Assembly (NCBI GenBank): GCA_031291955.1
Contig: JARLIA010000013.1
Location: forward strand, 21,512-85,511
DNA from: Minisyncoccota bacterium
GTDB lineage: Bacteria > Patescibacteriota > Minisyncoccia > Moranbacterales > UBA2206
Direction of reading: 5' to 3'
Length of the DNA stretch: 64,000 nt
A model generated the notes under the pieces. It had not been told where the DNA came from and did no database searches. It saw only the letters and a program-made list of their open reading frames with translations. Made by a program: the position numbers and the translations under genes. Below are positions 1 to 9,607 of the stretch, piece after piece; the first letter of the stretch is position 1, and every line of letters starts with the position of its first letter.

Positions 1-791
1 CTCCGCGTTTTCACGCGATGGGCGTGCAGGCGGCCGAGCTGACTAAATACGCCTCCAACACCATGCTGGCTCTCAAAATTTCTTTCATCAATACGGTTGC
101 CGGTCTCTGTGACGTCATTTCGGCGGATATTGAAGAAGTGGCGGAAGGCATGGGAAGCGACCCCCGGATCGGGAGGGAGTTTTTGCACGCCAGCCTCGGG
201 TATGGTGGCAGCTGTTTTCCGAAAGACGTGAAGGCTATCATTGTGTTTGCGGATAAAATCGGACTACCCAAGCCGTATTTGTCGCTTCTTCGGGCAATCG
301 AGGAAGTGAATAAATATCAAAAAACCATTATTCCCCGAAAAATTCTGGCCCGCTTCGGCGCGGATCTGACCGGCAAAAAATTCGCTTTGTGGGGACTTTC
401 TTTCAAGGCGAAGACGAACGATATGCGCGAATCAGCTTCGATTGATATCGTGAAAATCCTGACCGCGCGCGGCGCTAAAATCGTAGCCTATGATCCCTTG
501 GCCGTGGAAGAAGCGCGGACGGTCTATCTCAAAGAATTTTCTGACAGCATCAGCTATGAGCAAAGCGACAAATATGCTATTTTGGATGGGTGCGACGCGT
601 TGATCATCGCTACTGAAACCGGGGAATATCGGACAATTGACATCACGGTGGCCAAAAAGGCGCTGAAAAACTCCATCATCTTCGACGGGCGCAATCTGCT
701 GGACATCCCGACGTTGAAAGAAGCCGGTTTTGAATACTACGCGGTCGGGCGCGGCGATAGGATTGATTGGCAAAAAATTGAAATCGATTGA
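1..791 (+). CDS. ugd: UDP-glucose 6-dehydrogenase, C-terminal portion (5' end lies upstream of window)
   Basis: Translation contains the hallmark GYGGSCFPKDV motif and C-terminal UDP-binding domain of UDP-glucose/GDP-mannose dehydrogenases; the ORF is open to position 1 so the gene is truncated by the window edge. Confidence 0.8.
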   Translation, partial: PRFHAMGVQAAELTKYASNTMLALKISFINTVAGLCDVISADIEEVAEGMGSDPRIGREFLHASLGYGGSCFPKDVKAIIVFADKIGLPKPYLSLLRAIEEVNKYQKTIIPRKILARFGADLTGKKFALWGLSFKAKTNDMRESASIDIVKILTARGAKIVAYDPLAVEEARTVYLKEFSDSISYEQSDKYAILDGCDALIIATETGEYRTIDITVAKKALKNSIIFDGRNLLDIPTLKEAGFEYYAVGRGDRIDWQKIEID

Positions 792-1960
792 GATTTATGA
801 AAATATTATTCTTTAATTATGAATATCCGCCGCTGGGCGGGGGAGCGGCTTATGCTTCTCAAAATATTCTCAAGGAATATTCCAAAATTCCGGGGCTGGA
901 AGTGGATTTTGTGACCTCGTCAATCGACAATGAGTACCATCTGGAAAAAGTTTCGGAAAATATTCGGGTGCATCGTTTGTCGATTGGAAAAAATGAGAGT
1001 AATATGACCTATCAATCGCAGAAGGAACTTTTGATTTACGCCTGGAAGGCGTATATATTCTCCAAAAAACTGATCGAAGAAGCGGAGAAAAATAAAAAGC
1101 CATACGATTTGACTCATTCTTTTTTTACCGTGCCGTGCGGATTTGTTTCCATGCTGCTCAAGAGAAAATATAAATTGCCGTACATCGTGTCGCTCCGCGG
1201 GTCGGACGTGCCAGGCTACAGCGAGCGCTTCTCGGCCATTTATTATATCCTAACTCCGATTATCGTTCATATCTGGAAAAAGGCCGAGGCGGTTATGGCC
1301 AATAGCCAGCTTCTGAAAGAGCTGGCGCTCAAGAGCTATTCCAAGCGGGAGATTGGCGTGATCTACAACGGCATTAACGTCGATTATTTCCGGCCGGGGG
1401 TTTTCCCGAAAAACAAGAACTTCACTTTACTCTGCGCTTCGCGCTTGTCTCGCCGGAAAGGTTTCAATTACGCCATTGACGCTTTTGCTAAAATCCATGA
1501 AAAATATCCCGAGGCGCGGCTGGTGATCGCCGGTGGAGAAGGGAATGCTGAGGAGGAGTGGAAGAAGCAGGTGAAAGATCTGAAACTGGAAGACAAAATT
1601 ACTTTTACCGGGTTTGTGACGCCTAATACCGAATTTTTGAAATATTACAACGCGGCCGACGTTTTTGTTTTCCCGTCCGCCAACGAAGGGATGAGCAACA
1701 ATATGCTGGAAGCCATGGCGTCAGGCCTCGCAGTTATCATGACGCCGACCGGCGGCGCCAACGAATTGGTGAAAGATGGCGCGAACGGTTACATTGTCGG
1801 CTTCCGTGACAGCGTTGCCATTGCCGAAAAAATGGAAACGCTGATCAACAATCCGGAACTTTGCCGCCGGATGGGCGAAGAAAGCCGCCGGATCGCCGAG
1901 ACGATGAGCTGGCAGAGCGTGGCGGGGGAATATTTCGAGCTGTATAAAAAAGTTATATGA
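788..1960 (+). CDS. glycosyltransferase, GT4 family (GT-B fold)
   Basis: 390 aa; C-terminal EGMSNNMLEAMASGLAVI motif (E-x7-E type GT1/GT4 signature); start overlaps the ugd stop. Confidence 0.8.
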   Translation: MRFMKILFFNYEYPPLGGGAAYASQNILKEYSKIPGLEVDFVTSSIDNEYHLEKVSENIRVHRLSIGKNESNMTYQSQKELLIYAWKAYIFSKKLIEEAEKNKKPYDLTHSFFTVPCGFVSMLLKRKYKLPYIVSLRGSDVPGYSERFSAIYYILTPIIVHIWKKAEAVMANSQLLKELALKSYSKREIGVIYNGINVDYFRPGVFPKNKNFTLLCASRLSRRKGFNYAIDAFAKIHEKYPEARLVIAGGEGNAEEEWKKQVKDLKLEDKITFTGFVTPNTEFLKYYNAADVFVFPSANEGMSNNMLEAMASGLAVIMTPTGGANELVKDGANGYIVGFRDSVAIAEKMETLINNPELCRRMGEESRRIAETMSWQSVAGEYFELYKKVI

Positions 1961-2880
1961 AAAAATACACCAAACGGATCCTGAAAACCATCGTCAGCCT
2001 GATTTTTTTGTTTTGGGTGATCTTTAAAGTTAACTGGGCTTACGCCTGGAAATCTTTCCTGACCATAAACGCGTATTATCTGATTGCTTATATTCTCGTA
2101 ATTATTTTGGGAATGTTTATTTGTGCTTACAAATGGCAGATATTGGCCAAATACAAAGAAATCAATCTCAATTTCGGCCATTTTTTCAAATTTTATCTGG
2201 CCGGCACGTTCATCAATAATTTTATGCCGTCTTTTATCGGCGGCGACACGTTCAAAGCTTACGAAACTGGCAAAACCGATGGCCGCTATATCGAAGCCGC
2301 TTCTTCGGTCATGATGGATCGCATCACCGGCCTTTTCGCGGCCACCATTTTAGCCATAATTTTCACACTGCTCAATCTCAAGACCGTTTTGGGCAGTCCC
2401 GTTCTGATCATTGTCAATTTGGCGGTCCTGTTGTCTTTTTCCATCGACATCACCATAATGCTGGTGAGAAAAAAAGCTTTTTGGTCCCGTTTCAAGAAAT
2501 ATTTTCCGGAAAAATTCGTGGCGTTCATGATTGATTTGGGCACCTATAACGGGGATCACAGCGTCATGAACAAAACGATCCTTCTGGGAATGCTGTTTGA
2601 TTTTGTCGGTATTGCTCTGGCCAACTACATCCTTTTCGCCGCGCTGGGGATAAAAATCGGAATGATCAATTATCTGTCGGTCATCTTTTTGATCAGCATC
2701 ATCAGTTCGGTGCCGATCACCATCAATAATATCGGAATCAAAGCCTGGTCCTACATCGCTTTTTTCGGCGTCTTCGGGCTGGATTCGTCTTTGGTCGCGA
2801 CCGTCTCCGTCCTTAGCAGCGTCATCCAAGTGGTCATCAGTCTCTTCGCTCTGCCAGTCTATCTTAGAAGCAAAAAATAG
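1957..2880 (+). CDS. polytopic membrane protein, lysylphosphatidylglycerol-synthase-TM / flippase-like family (tentative)
   Basis: 307 aa, about 8 predicted TM helices. Start overlaps the stop of the GT4 gene, an arrangement commonly seen for flippase-like partners of glycosyltransferases. Confidence 0.4.
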   Translation: MKKYTKRILKTIVSLIFLFWVIFKVNWAYAWKSFLTINAYYLIAYILVIILGMFICAYKWQILAKYKEINLNFGHFFKFYLAGTFINNFMPSFIGGDTFKAYETGKTDGRYIEAASSVMMDRITGLFAATILAIIFTLLNLKTVLGSPVLIIVNLAVLLSFSIDITIMLVRKKAFWSRFKKYFPEKFVAFMIDLGTYNGDHSVMNKTILLGMLFDFVGIALANYILFAALGIKIGMINYLSVIFLISIISSVPITINNIGIKAWSYIAFFGVFGLDSSLVATVSVLSSVIQVVISLFALPVYLRSKK

Positions 2881-2881
2881 T

Positions 2882-4516
2882 CTAATTCATTTTCACTTCA
2901 TCCTCTGACACTTCCGGTCCGATCTGGATCGTTTTTATTTTATTCTCAAAATCATCGCCGGTGAGTTGGATATTTTTGGAAGCGGCGCCGGTCACGGAAA
3001 GGCAGATAAAATTATTGGCGGACAGAGAGCAATTGGAGTTTGTCAGGGTTATATCGCTGGAATTATCGATATCGTAAGTCGGGCCATATTTGGGAGCCAG
3101 ACTGACGTTGTCAAGCGTGATATTTTGGGCGTCGTTCATCTGGAGTCCGTCCCGGGACTTGGTAACTGTTACGTTTTTTAGGTCGATATTGCTGATGGAA
3201 TCTTCGCCTGTGATACCTATGAAATTAAGAGCGGCGCCGGTATTTTTGCAGGCAACGTTTTCAATGTGGATGTTTTGGAAGGTGGGCGGTTGGAGCGTAT
3301 ATTTGATATTGCCTTTTTCGTAATCAGTATTGAATTGGATGACGGCTTGTGAAACAGAATCGATATTCATATCCTCAATCCAAATGTTTTCGGCCGTGCC
3401 GCTCCGTTGAATATTTGATTTAACCCGGAAGCCGTATTGCGCTTGGTCTATGGTGAAATTTTTGGCCAGGACGTTCCGGACGTCAGCCGACATTTCGCTG
3501 CCGATGGCGATCGCTCCGTGGGCGTTATTGACAAAATTATTTTTCAAAACCACGTTCTCTGTTGGTTTGTCTACTCGGCGGCCGTCGTTGTCGCGGCCGG
3601 ATTTGATCGATATGGCGTCGTCGCCTGTCGTAAATGTCGAGTCGGCCACCAGGACGTTTTTGGATGAATCGATATCCACGCCGTCAGTACTTGGCCCTTT
3701 TTCAGTCTGGATGTTGACGTTTTTGACAATCACATTATGGCTGTAAAGCGGATGGATGGTCCACATCGGTCCGTTGATGAGTGTAACGCCGTTGACCAGG
3801 ATCCGGTCGCAATTCACAAATTCCACGAAAGCCGGACGGAGGCCGTTCTTGGGAACACCGAAAACACGCTGATCGACCGGCACGTTTTTCTCACCCATGG
3901 AGTAGAGCTGGGCGATGGCGCCGTCCGAAGACATGGCCCACCAATATTTTTCGCCTTGGCCGTTGATTTGCCCTTGTCCGGTAAGGGCCACGTTTTGGAC
4001 GTCTTGGGCGTAAATAGGCGGGGAATAGTTATAATATTCAATCCCTTCGAAACGCGAGAAGACTACCGGCAGATAATCGGTCGGGTCGGTGGAAAAAAGA
4101 AGAGTAGCGCCTTTTGCGACGTCCAGATCAATGTTACTCATTAGGTGAATCGAACCGGTGAGCCAAAGGCCGGTCGGGACTTCGACTTTTCCGCCGCCCT
4201 GCCGCGCGCAATCATAAACCGCTTCGGTGATGGCTTTGGTGTTCAAGGTTTTTCCGCCGGATGCCGCGCCGTAGTCTTTGATGTTGCAGATGCGGTCGGG
4301 AAAGTTTGTTTCTTGGATTTTTAAATTATTGTTAAATGGCGTGGAAAGCGCGAGCGTGGCGGGCGACGGGGGAATGAGCGCTGGTCGAGATGATTCTTGT
4401 ATTTGGATATAAACGGCTTTGTCCTTTTTGAAAGACGCGGCCAAACCGGCCGCGGCGGCCGCGATGATGAGAAGGGAAATTATGGTTTTGAGATAATAAT
4501 GATGACGGGAAGACAT
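2882..4516 (-). CDS. secreted right-handed beta-helix protein, glycoside hydrolase family 28-like (polygalacturonase/rhamnogalacturonase-like)
   Basis: N-terminal signal/TM; motifs STDGVDIDSS, GDDAISIKSG, NNAHGAIAIGSE and GFRVKS match the NTDG / GDD / G-HG / RIK blocks of GH28 pectin-lyase-fold enzymes. Confidence 0.6.
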   Translation of the reverse strand: MSSRHHYYLKTIISLLIIAAAAAGLAASFKKDKAVYIQIQESSRPALIPPSPATLALSTPFNNNLKIQETNFPDRICNIKDYGAASGGKTLNTKAITEAVYDCARQGGGKVEVPTGLWLTGSIHLMSNIDLDVAKGATLLFSTDPTDYLPVVFSRFEGIEYYNYSPPIYAQDVQNVALTGQGQINGQGEKYWWAMSSDGAIAQLYSMGEKNVPVDQRVFGVPKNGLRPAFVEFVNCDRILVNGVTLINGPMWTIHPLYSHNVIVKNVNIQTEKGPSTDGVDIDSSKNVLVADSTFTTGDDAISIKSGRDNDGRRVDKPTENVVLKNNFVNNAHGAIAIGSEMSADVRNVLAKNFTIDQAQYGFRVKSNIQRSGTAENIWIEDMNIDSVSQAVIQFNTDYEKGNIKYTLQPPTFQNIHIENVACKNTGAALNFIGITGEDSISNIDLKNVTVTKSRDGLQMNDAQNITLDNVSLAPKYGPTYDIDNSSDITLTNSNCSLSANNFICLSVTGAASKNIQLTGDDFENKIKTIQIGPEVSEDEVKMN

Positions 4517-4581
4517 TGGGCTGGTTTTGGATTTTAATTTATTTTTTTATTGACGTTTTAAGGATGTGCCATGTACAAAGA

Positions 4582-6480
4582 CTATTTCTTAGCGATACTG
4601 GCGGCACTCATCACTTTCACGAAGTTATTCGGCCGGCCGTCGAAAATTATTTTGAAATCACCACCGTCGGGCGAGTAAAGCCTATCGAAATCATAGTGTG
4701 ATTTCAGAACCGAACCCATAGCCATGGAGCGGTTACCGCGGTCGGTGGAAGCGACAAAATAATCAAAGTTGACGCCTTGGAGGTCTTTTGTTTTGAAACC
4801 GGTGATGCATTTTCCGACGAACGTTTCACAAACAGCCCCTTTGTCGGTCCAAATGATGAGATTTTGGGCGTTGGGGAGCGCGTTGAGATATTGAGCCGCT
4901 TCCCAGCTTCCATCCCCCACCCCCTTAAGATTAAGAATATATTTTTGCGGCAAGAGACCTGAGGCGTAGGTGAAATAGAAAGGGCGGACAGAAAACAGGC
5001 TCCAGGCTGAAATTAAGATTATGGCCGGATAAACAACATAAGATTTTGCGATCAGCTTGTATTTTCCATTTTCAAACCAAGCAACGATCTGGTCGATTCC
5101 GATCGCGGCCATGATCATGGCCAGGGGATAGAGCGCGATCTGATAGCGCACCATATCAGCCACGCCGTCCACGGCTGAACCGAGATAATAGATGGCCATG
5201 AATAAAAACAGGTACAGAATATAGTTTGACTCTTGGGACAAATTTTTCCGCAGGGTGTTTTTGCCGACAGAAAAGATCAACGCAAGATATGCCAAAGGCG
5301 TGAGACCGAAGAAAAGCGCCCAGAAATCCGAGAAGAAATCGCGGGACAGGCGGCTTGGATCGGTGACGAAAGATTTTCCTGATTTGGGCGAAGACAGGAT
5401 ATTTTGGAAATCGTAAATCTTCATGCCGGTCCAAGTGTTGATAAGGACAAAAATAATGACGAGCAAAAAAATCACTCCGCCCAAGCGGACGAGAAGATTT
5501 TTGTGACGCGCCAGAAAATCCAACGGGTAACGCAGAACAATGCTTTTGAGAAAAATGGCGTCCAAAAGAACCAAGACAATCACGGCGGCAAAGATCGGCC
5601 AGACGGATTTGAAAGCAGCCGAGAGGATAGTGCCGCCCAGGATCATCTGCGGACTGACCCAGGTGGCTGGGAAGAGGAGGCCGAAGGTGATTGCCGACAT
5701 AAGGATGACCAGAAAAAAATCCAACAGAGTTTTTTTGAAATATCCGTCCGCTGATTCATTTTCTTTCTTTTCAAAAATGTAACGCAGGAAAATCAATAAA
5801 AAGAAATACACGAAAACAACATTGGCGACGTATTTGGTGAGAAGCGCGAGACCCAAAAAGACGCCGGCGAGCAGGATGTATTTTTTTTGTTTTAGAAATT
5901 CCGGGATGTCCAGTTCGAATTTTTCTTTCGGCGCGGCTATTTCTTCATTTTTATAATGGATAAAATAGCTCAAAAGAGACAGTCCGACAAAGATCCATAA
6001 CAGGGAATCTGGGTTGATGATAAGCGACATGCCGAGAATGATCGGAGACAAGCCGATGAGGATGGTGGCAATGAGGGCGGTCCGGTCGCCCAATAGCTTC
6101 CGGATAAAAAAGAACAGCAGGAGAAGTCCGACTAAAGTAAAAAGATAATTGGGGAGACGGAAAGAAGAATAGACCTTGTAGACCTGGGCGGCCATGTCTT
6201 GAGTCTTAGGATCAGAGAGGCCCGATTTTATCGTCAGTGGATCGATCGCCCAAAGTCCGGGTCCCGTGATGATGGCAGAAGTGATGCCTGGCTTGTCGTT
6301 GATGTTGGTGCTCCGCCATTTCTGAGCCGCGACGGCTGTCCAGAATTTGGGAATCCGGGCAAAAGTCCAATATGGTTCGTCGACGGCTGAAAAGCGGGAC
6401 AGACGCGGCAGACCCAAGAGTAGATTGATCCCCAAAACGGCAAAAAGCACTAAAAAAATCGTTAATTTTTTGCGATCCAT
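4582..6480 (-). CDS. GT-C fold membrane glycosyltransferase, PMT/ArnT (GT39/GT83)-like
   Basis: 632 aa, more than 10 TM helices. First-loop DEPYW motif is typical of dolichyl-phosphate-mannose protein mannosyltransferase / ArnT-like enzymes. C-terminal soluble domain. Confidence 0.55.
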   Translation of the reverse strand: MDRKKLTIFLVLFAVLGINLLLGLPRLSRFSAVDEPYWTFARIPKFWTAVAAQKWRSTNINDKPGITSAIITGPGLWAIDPLTIKSGLSDPKTQDMAAQVYKVYSSFRLPNYLFTLVGLLLLFFFIRKLLGDRTALIATILIGLSPIILGMSLIINPDSLLWIFVGLSLLSYFIHYKNEEIAAPKEKFELDIPEFLKQKKYILLAGVFLGLALLTKYVANVVFVYFFLLIFLRYIFEKKENESADGYFKKTLLDFFLVILMSAITFGLLFPATWVSPQMILGGTILSAAFKSVWPIFAAVIVLVLLDAIFLKSIVLRYPLDFLARHKNLLVRLGGVIFLLVIIFVLINTWTGMKIYDFQNILSSPKSGKSFVTDPSRLSRDFFSDFWALFFGLTPLAYLALIFSVGKNTLRKNLSQESNYILYLFLFMAIYYLGSAVDGVADMVRYQIALYPLAMIMAAIGIDQIVAWFENGKYKLIAKSYVVYPAIILISAWSLFSVRPFYFTYASGLLPQKYILNLKGVGDGSWEAAQYLNALPNAQNLIIWTDKGAVCETFVGKCITGFKTKDLQGVNFDYFVASTDRGNRSMAMGSVLKSHYDFDRLYSPDGGDFKIIFDGRPNNFVKVMSAASIAKK

Positions 6481-6614
6481 AGTCTTTTTTTAAAAGTTTT
6501 ATACAGTTTGGATTATACCGTAATCCGGAGATAAAGTCCAAGGATTTTTAAAATTATTCCAGTTGACCCAGTCGCGCCAAGTCTGTGAATTTGAAATAAA
6601 TCTTTTCGACGATG

Positions 6615-6633
6615 TGTTATAATAAAATTATCA
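6615..6633 (+). promoter_or_regulatory. extended -10 (TGtTATAAT) overlapping a 7-3-7 near-palindrome TTATAATaaaATTATcA (PerR/Fur-box-like) about 30 bp upstream of rubrerythrin
   Basis: Read directly from the sequence; resembles the PerR/Fur operator consensus (TTATAAT-N-ATTATAA) found upstream of rubrerythrin genes in anaerobes. Confidence 0.35.
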
Positions 6634-6659
6634 GACCGTTAATCATTAATATAAAAACT

Positions 6660-7160
6660 ATGTCCAAGACTCAAGATGATCTGAAGGCAGCCTTTGCTGG
6701 TGAGTCGCAGGCCAATCGGCGCTATCTGGCATTTGCCAAGAAGGCTGAAAGCGAAAACCAGCCGGGCGTCGCCAAGCTTTTCCGGGCGGCGGCCGAAGGC
6801 GAGACGGTCCACGCGCTCAATCATTTCCGGAATCTCGGCGAAACGAAAGGCACGGCTGAAAATTTGGCGGCCGCGATTGCCGGAGAAACTTATGAGATTG
6901 AAAAGATGTATCCGGAATTTTTGGGGGACGCTCAAGACGAAAACGAAAAGAGGGCTGAGATGTCTTTTTCCGGCGCGCTGAAAGTGGAGCGGGTTCACCA
7001 AGGTCTTTTTAAAGGAGCTCTTGCGAAATTGGAAGCGGGCGAAGATGTGGCTGATGCGGACTTTTGGATCTGTCCGGTCTGCGGATTTCCAGCCAAAGAC
7101 CACGCGCCGGGCGTATGCCCCGTCTGCGCCACGCCGGGGGACAAGTTCTACAAGGTCTAG
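6660..7160 (+). CDS. rbr: rubrerythrin
   Basis: N-terminal ferritin-like diiron domain (AFAGESQANRRY) and C-terminal rubredoxin-like CPVCG...CPVC. The ATG at 6660 (MSKTQDDL) fits the family N-terminus better than the upstream ATG at 6612. Confidence 0.85.
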   Translation: MSKTQDDLKAAFAGESQANRRYLAFAKKAESENQPGVAKLFRAAAEGETVHALNHFRNLGETKGTAENLAAAIAGETYEIEKMYPEFLGDAQDENEKRAEMSFSGALKVERVHQGLFKGALAKLEAGEDVADADFWICPVCGFPAKDHAPGVCPVCATPGDKFYKV

Positions 7161-7188
7161 TTTTAAAAAACTTCACATTTCACAAAAG

Positions 7189-7212
7189 CCGGAAAGCATT
7201 TCCGGTTTTTGT
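7189..7212 (+). terminator. rho-independent terminator (CCGGAAA-gca-TTTCCGG + T-run)
   Basis: 7-bp perfect stem followed by TTTTT immediately after the rubrerythrin stop. Confidence 0.6.
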
Positions 7213-7322
7213 GTTTTTTGAGGGCGAATTATTTTCTTTGCCAAATCTGGTTTTGGACGTAGAATGGAGATGTAAGGAGATATGTCCTTACATGTGTATG
7301 TAAATAACTAAAAATAAAATAT

Positions 7323-7499
7323 ATGCGAAAAATCGAAGAGCAAAATGTCAGAAAATTGACAAAAACAGGAAGACAATCAATTTGTGTGACAGTGCCAATT
7401 GAAATGATCCGCGATCTTGGCTGGCGCGAAAAACAAAAGGTGGTCGTCAAAAGAATCTCCGGCGGATTGCAAATTAAGGATTGGCGGAGTAAGAAGTAA
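7323..7499 (+). CDS. small AbrB/MazE/SpoVT-family DNA-binding protein (58 aa; not in the ORF track)
   Basis: Manual translation MRKIEEQNVRKLTKTGRQSICVTVPIEMIRDLGWREKQKVVVKRISGGLQIKDWRSKK matches the looped-hinge-helix pattern of SpoVT/AbrB domains. It ends 35 bp before the next gene. Confidence 0.5.
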   Translation: MRKIEEQNVRKLTKTGRQSICVTVPIEMIRDLGWREKQKVVVKRISGGLQIKDWRSKK

Positions 7500-7534
7500 G
7501 GCATGGCAAGGTTTAATATGAAAACACACGAATT

Positions 7535-9160
7535 ATGAATATTGAAGAATTAAAAGAGTTGTTTCGGAGAAATGAATCAGAGAACTTAGAATTTAAAGAA
7601 GCTAAGAATAGTTTTTCTATTTTGGGAAATGATGGTAGACAAAAAAAATCGGTTTTAGGATATGTTGTTGCTGTAGGAAACGAAGGAGGCGGAAAGCTCA
7701 TTCTGGGAGTTGATGATGATAAAAATATCGTTGGAACCAGAGCAATTGAAAGGATTGAAGATGCTAAATCGCAAATATATAATAAGTTGAATTTCAGAAT
7801 TGATATCGAAGAAATATTCGACGAAGCGAACAATAGAATTGTTGTTATAGATATTCCTTCACGACAATACGGAAAACTGTTGAAGTTTTATGGTATACCG
7901 CTAATGAGAGTAGGTGAAGAGTTGCTCGAAATGGATGAGACCACACAGAGGAATATATTGATGGAGCTTCATGCCGACTTTTCCGCGCAGACCATACCCG
8001 GATCAAGCCTGGATGAATTGGATTCTGATGCCCTGGAGCAGTTGAAATTCCTCTATGCAAAGAGAAATAAGAATGGTGGAATGGATGAAAGGCAATTGCT
8101 TTTGGATTTGCATCTAGTGGATGATGGTAGACTGACATATGCAGCCCTTATTCTTCTCGGAAAAGAATCCGCTATAAGAAAGCATCTTGATAATGCAGAG
8201 ATTATTTTCCAATATCGATCACACAGAGATAATGAAAAATATCAAGACAGGGTGGATTATAAGAGGGCTTTTTTATTGTTGCAAAATGATTTATGGGAGA
8301 AAATAAATGCAAGGAATCAAATCGTGCAAATGGCAGAAGGCTTGCTGACAAATGAAATACCCGCCTTCCAGGAGGAAGTCATTAAAGAGATTATATTAAA
8401 TGCAGTTGCTCATCGTGATTATGCCGAACCAAGCTCTATTATCATAAAACAATCTCCCGAAGAATTTTTTATTCAAAGTCCGGGCGGCTTTCTTTCGGGT
8501 GTTAATCCTAAAAATATACTGAGGCAGACTAAGCCGCGCAATCGTCGCATTGCCGAAACATTGCAGCACTTAGGTTTTGTTCAGCGTGCTGGACAAGGCA
8601 TGGATATAGTCTTTAAAAAAACTCTAGAGGAGGGCAAGGGATTGCCGGATTTTTCCCAGTCAGATGATTTTCAAGTAAGTCTTTCTATTTCAGCGATTGT
8701 TAAGGATGAAAATTTTGTACTGTATTTGGAAAAGGTATCGCAAAAAAAACAGATTTCATTTTCCGTAGATGACTTAATGATTTTGCAAAATATTGAAAAT
8801 CATCCTCAGAAAATATTAAGGAATGATGTGCAGAAATTTATTGATCTAGGTATTGTTGAGCAGGTTGGAAAAACAAGGGGGGCAAAATATTGTCTTTCCC
8901 GTAATTATTATGCTGCACAAGGGAAGTCGGGGAAACATACAAGAATAATGGGAATTTCGAGAGATGCAAAAAAACAACTCATAGCTGATCATCTTAAAAG
9001 AAACATCGGCGGTGGCAGGTTGGAAGATTTCGCCGAAGCTTTTCCTGAAATGAAACGACAAGACATTTCCAATCTTTTGCAGGAATTAAAGCGTCAGGGT
9101 AAGATTTTTAAAATGGGCGGAACCAAGAATGGTGTTTGGAAATTAAATAATTCTAAATAA
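7535..9160 (+). CDS. AlbA_2 (divergent AAA / Schlafen-like) + HATPase_c_4 domain protein ('RecG-related' putative regulator)
   Basis: N-terminal LEFKEAKNSF...VVAVGNEGGGKLILGVDDDKNIVG matches the AlbA_2/AAA_4 signature; the C-terminal region has the architecture usually annotated HATPase_c_4. Confidence 0.6.
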   Translation: MNIEELKELFRRNESENLEFKEAKNSFSILGNDGRQKKSVLGYVVAVGNEGGGKLILGVDDDKNIVGTRAIERIEDAKSQIYNKLNFRIDIEEIFDEANNRIVVIDIPSRQYGKLLKFYGIPLMRVGEELLEMDETTQRNILMELHADFSAQTIPGSSLDELDSDALEQLKFLYAKRNKNGGMDERQLLLDLHLVDDGRLTYAALILLGKESAIRKHLDNAEIIFQYRSHRDNEKYQDRVDYKRAFLLLQNDLWEKINARNQIVQMAEGLLTNEIPAFQEEVIKEIILNAVAHRDYAEPSSIIIKQSPEEFFIQSPGGFLSGVNPKNILRQTKPRNRRIAETLQHLGFVQRAGQGMDIVFKKTLEEGKGLPDFSQSDDFQVSLSISAIVKDENFVLYLEKVSQKKQISFSVDDLMILQNIENHPQKILRNDVQKFIDLGIVEQVGKTRGAKYCLSRNYYAAQGKSGKHTRIMGISRDAKKQLIADHLKRNIGGGRLEDFAEAFPEMKRQDISNLLQELKRQGKIFKMGGTKNGVWKLNNSK

Positions 9161-9330
9161 TTATTAACATTAAATTGCTAAGAATACCTTTATTACAAGG
9201 AAAAAAATTAAATAATTAAGAGTATAATCGTAAAGCTTCCTTTATAAGTGAAAAAAAATTGCAATGTAACTGCCTATCTCCTCACATCAAAGGCAGCATA
9301 ACCGCGGAAAAATTTGATCACAAAAAGCAA

Positions 9331-9355
9331 AAACCGCCTTCCGGCGGTTTTTTAA
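9331..9355. terminator. bidirectional terminator hairpin (CCGCC-ttcc-GGCGG flanked by A-run and T-run)
   Basis: Lies between the convergent genes 7535..9160 (+) and 9366..9587 (-). Confidence 0.5.
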
Positions 9356-9365
9356 AATTTTTGAA

Positions 9366-9587
9366 TTATTTTTTCTTTCCTTTGCTTCCTTTCATGAGCA
9401 TGGCCGCGGCCGCGCCGAGGGCTGCTCCGATGCCGGCCGAGATGGCGGCGGCTTTCCCGGGGTTCTTTTTGATGTAGGCTTCCGCGGATTTGGCGGCGGC
9501 TTCCATATCCTTTTTTATCTTCTTGAGTTCGGTCTCGACCGTCTTTTGAACTTCCTCGGCTTTTTGGGCCATTTCTTTTTTGTCCAT
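9366..9587 (-). CDS. YqjD/ElaB-like (DUF883) small membrane-anchored protein
   Basis: 73 aa; coiled-coil N-terminus followed by YIKKNPGKAAAISAGIGAALGAAAA and a C-terminal TM, as in E. coli YqjD/ElaB. Confidence 0.45.
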   Translation of the reverse strand: MDKKEMAQKAEEVQKTVETELKKIKKDMEAAAKSAEAYIKKNPGKAAAISAGIGAALGAAAAMLMKGSKGKKK

Positions 9588-9607
9588 GTGATTATTAAAG
9601 TTAAAAA

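Noticed and set aside
6612-6659. Upstream ATG start for rubrerythrin (MCYNKIIRPLIINIKT...)
   Set aside because: The extension runs through the putative -10 and operator and is not conserved in rubrerythrins. ATG 6660 gives the family-typical N-terminus.
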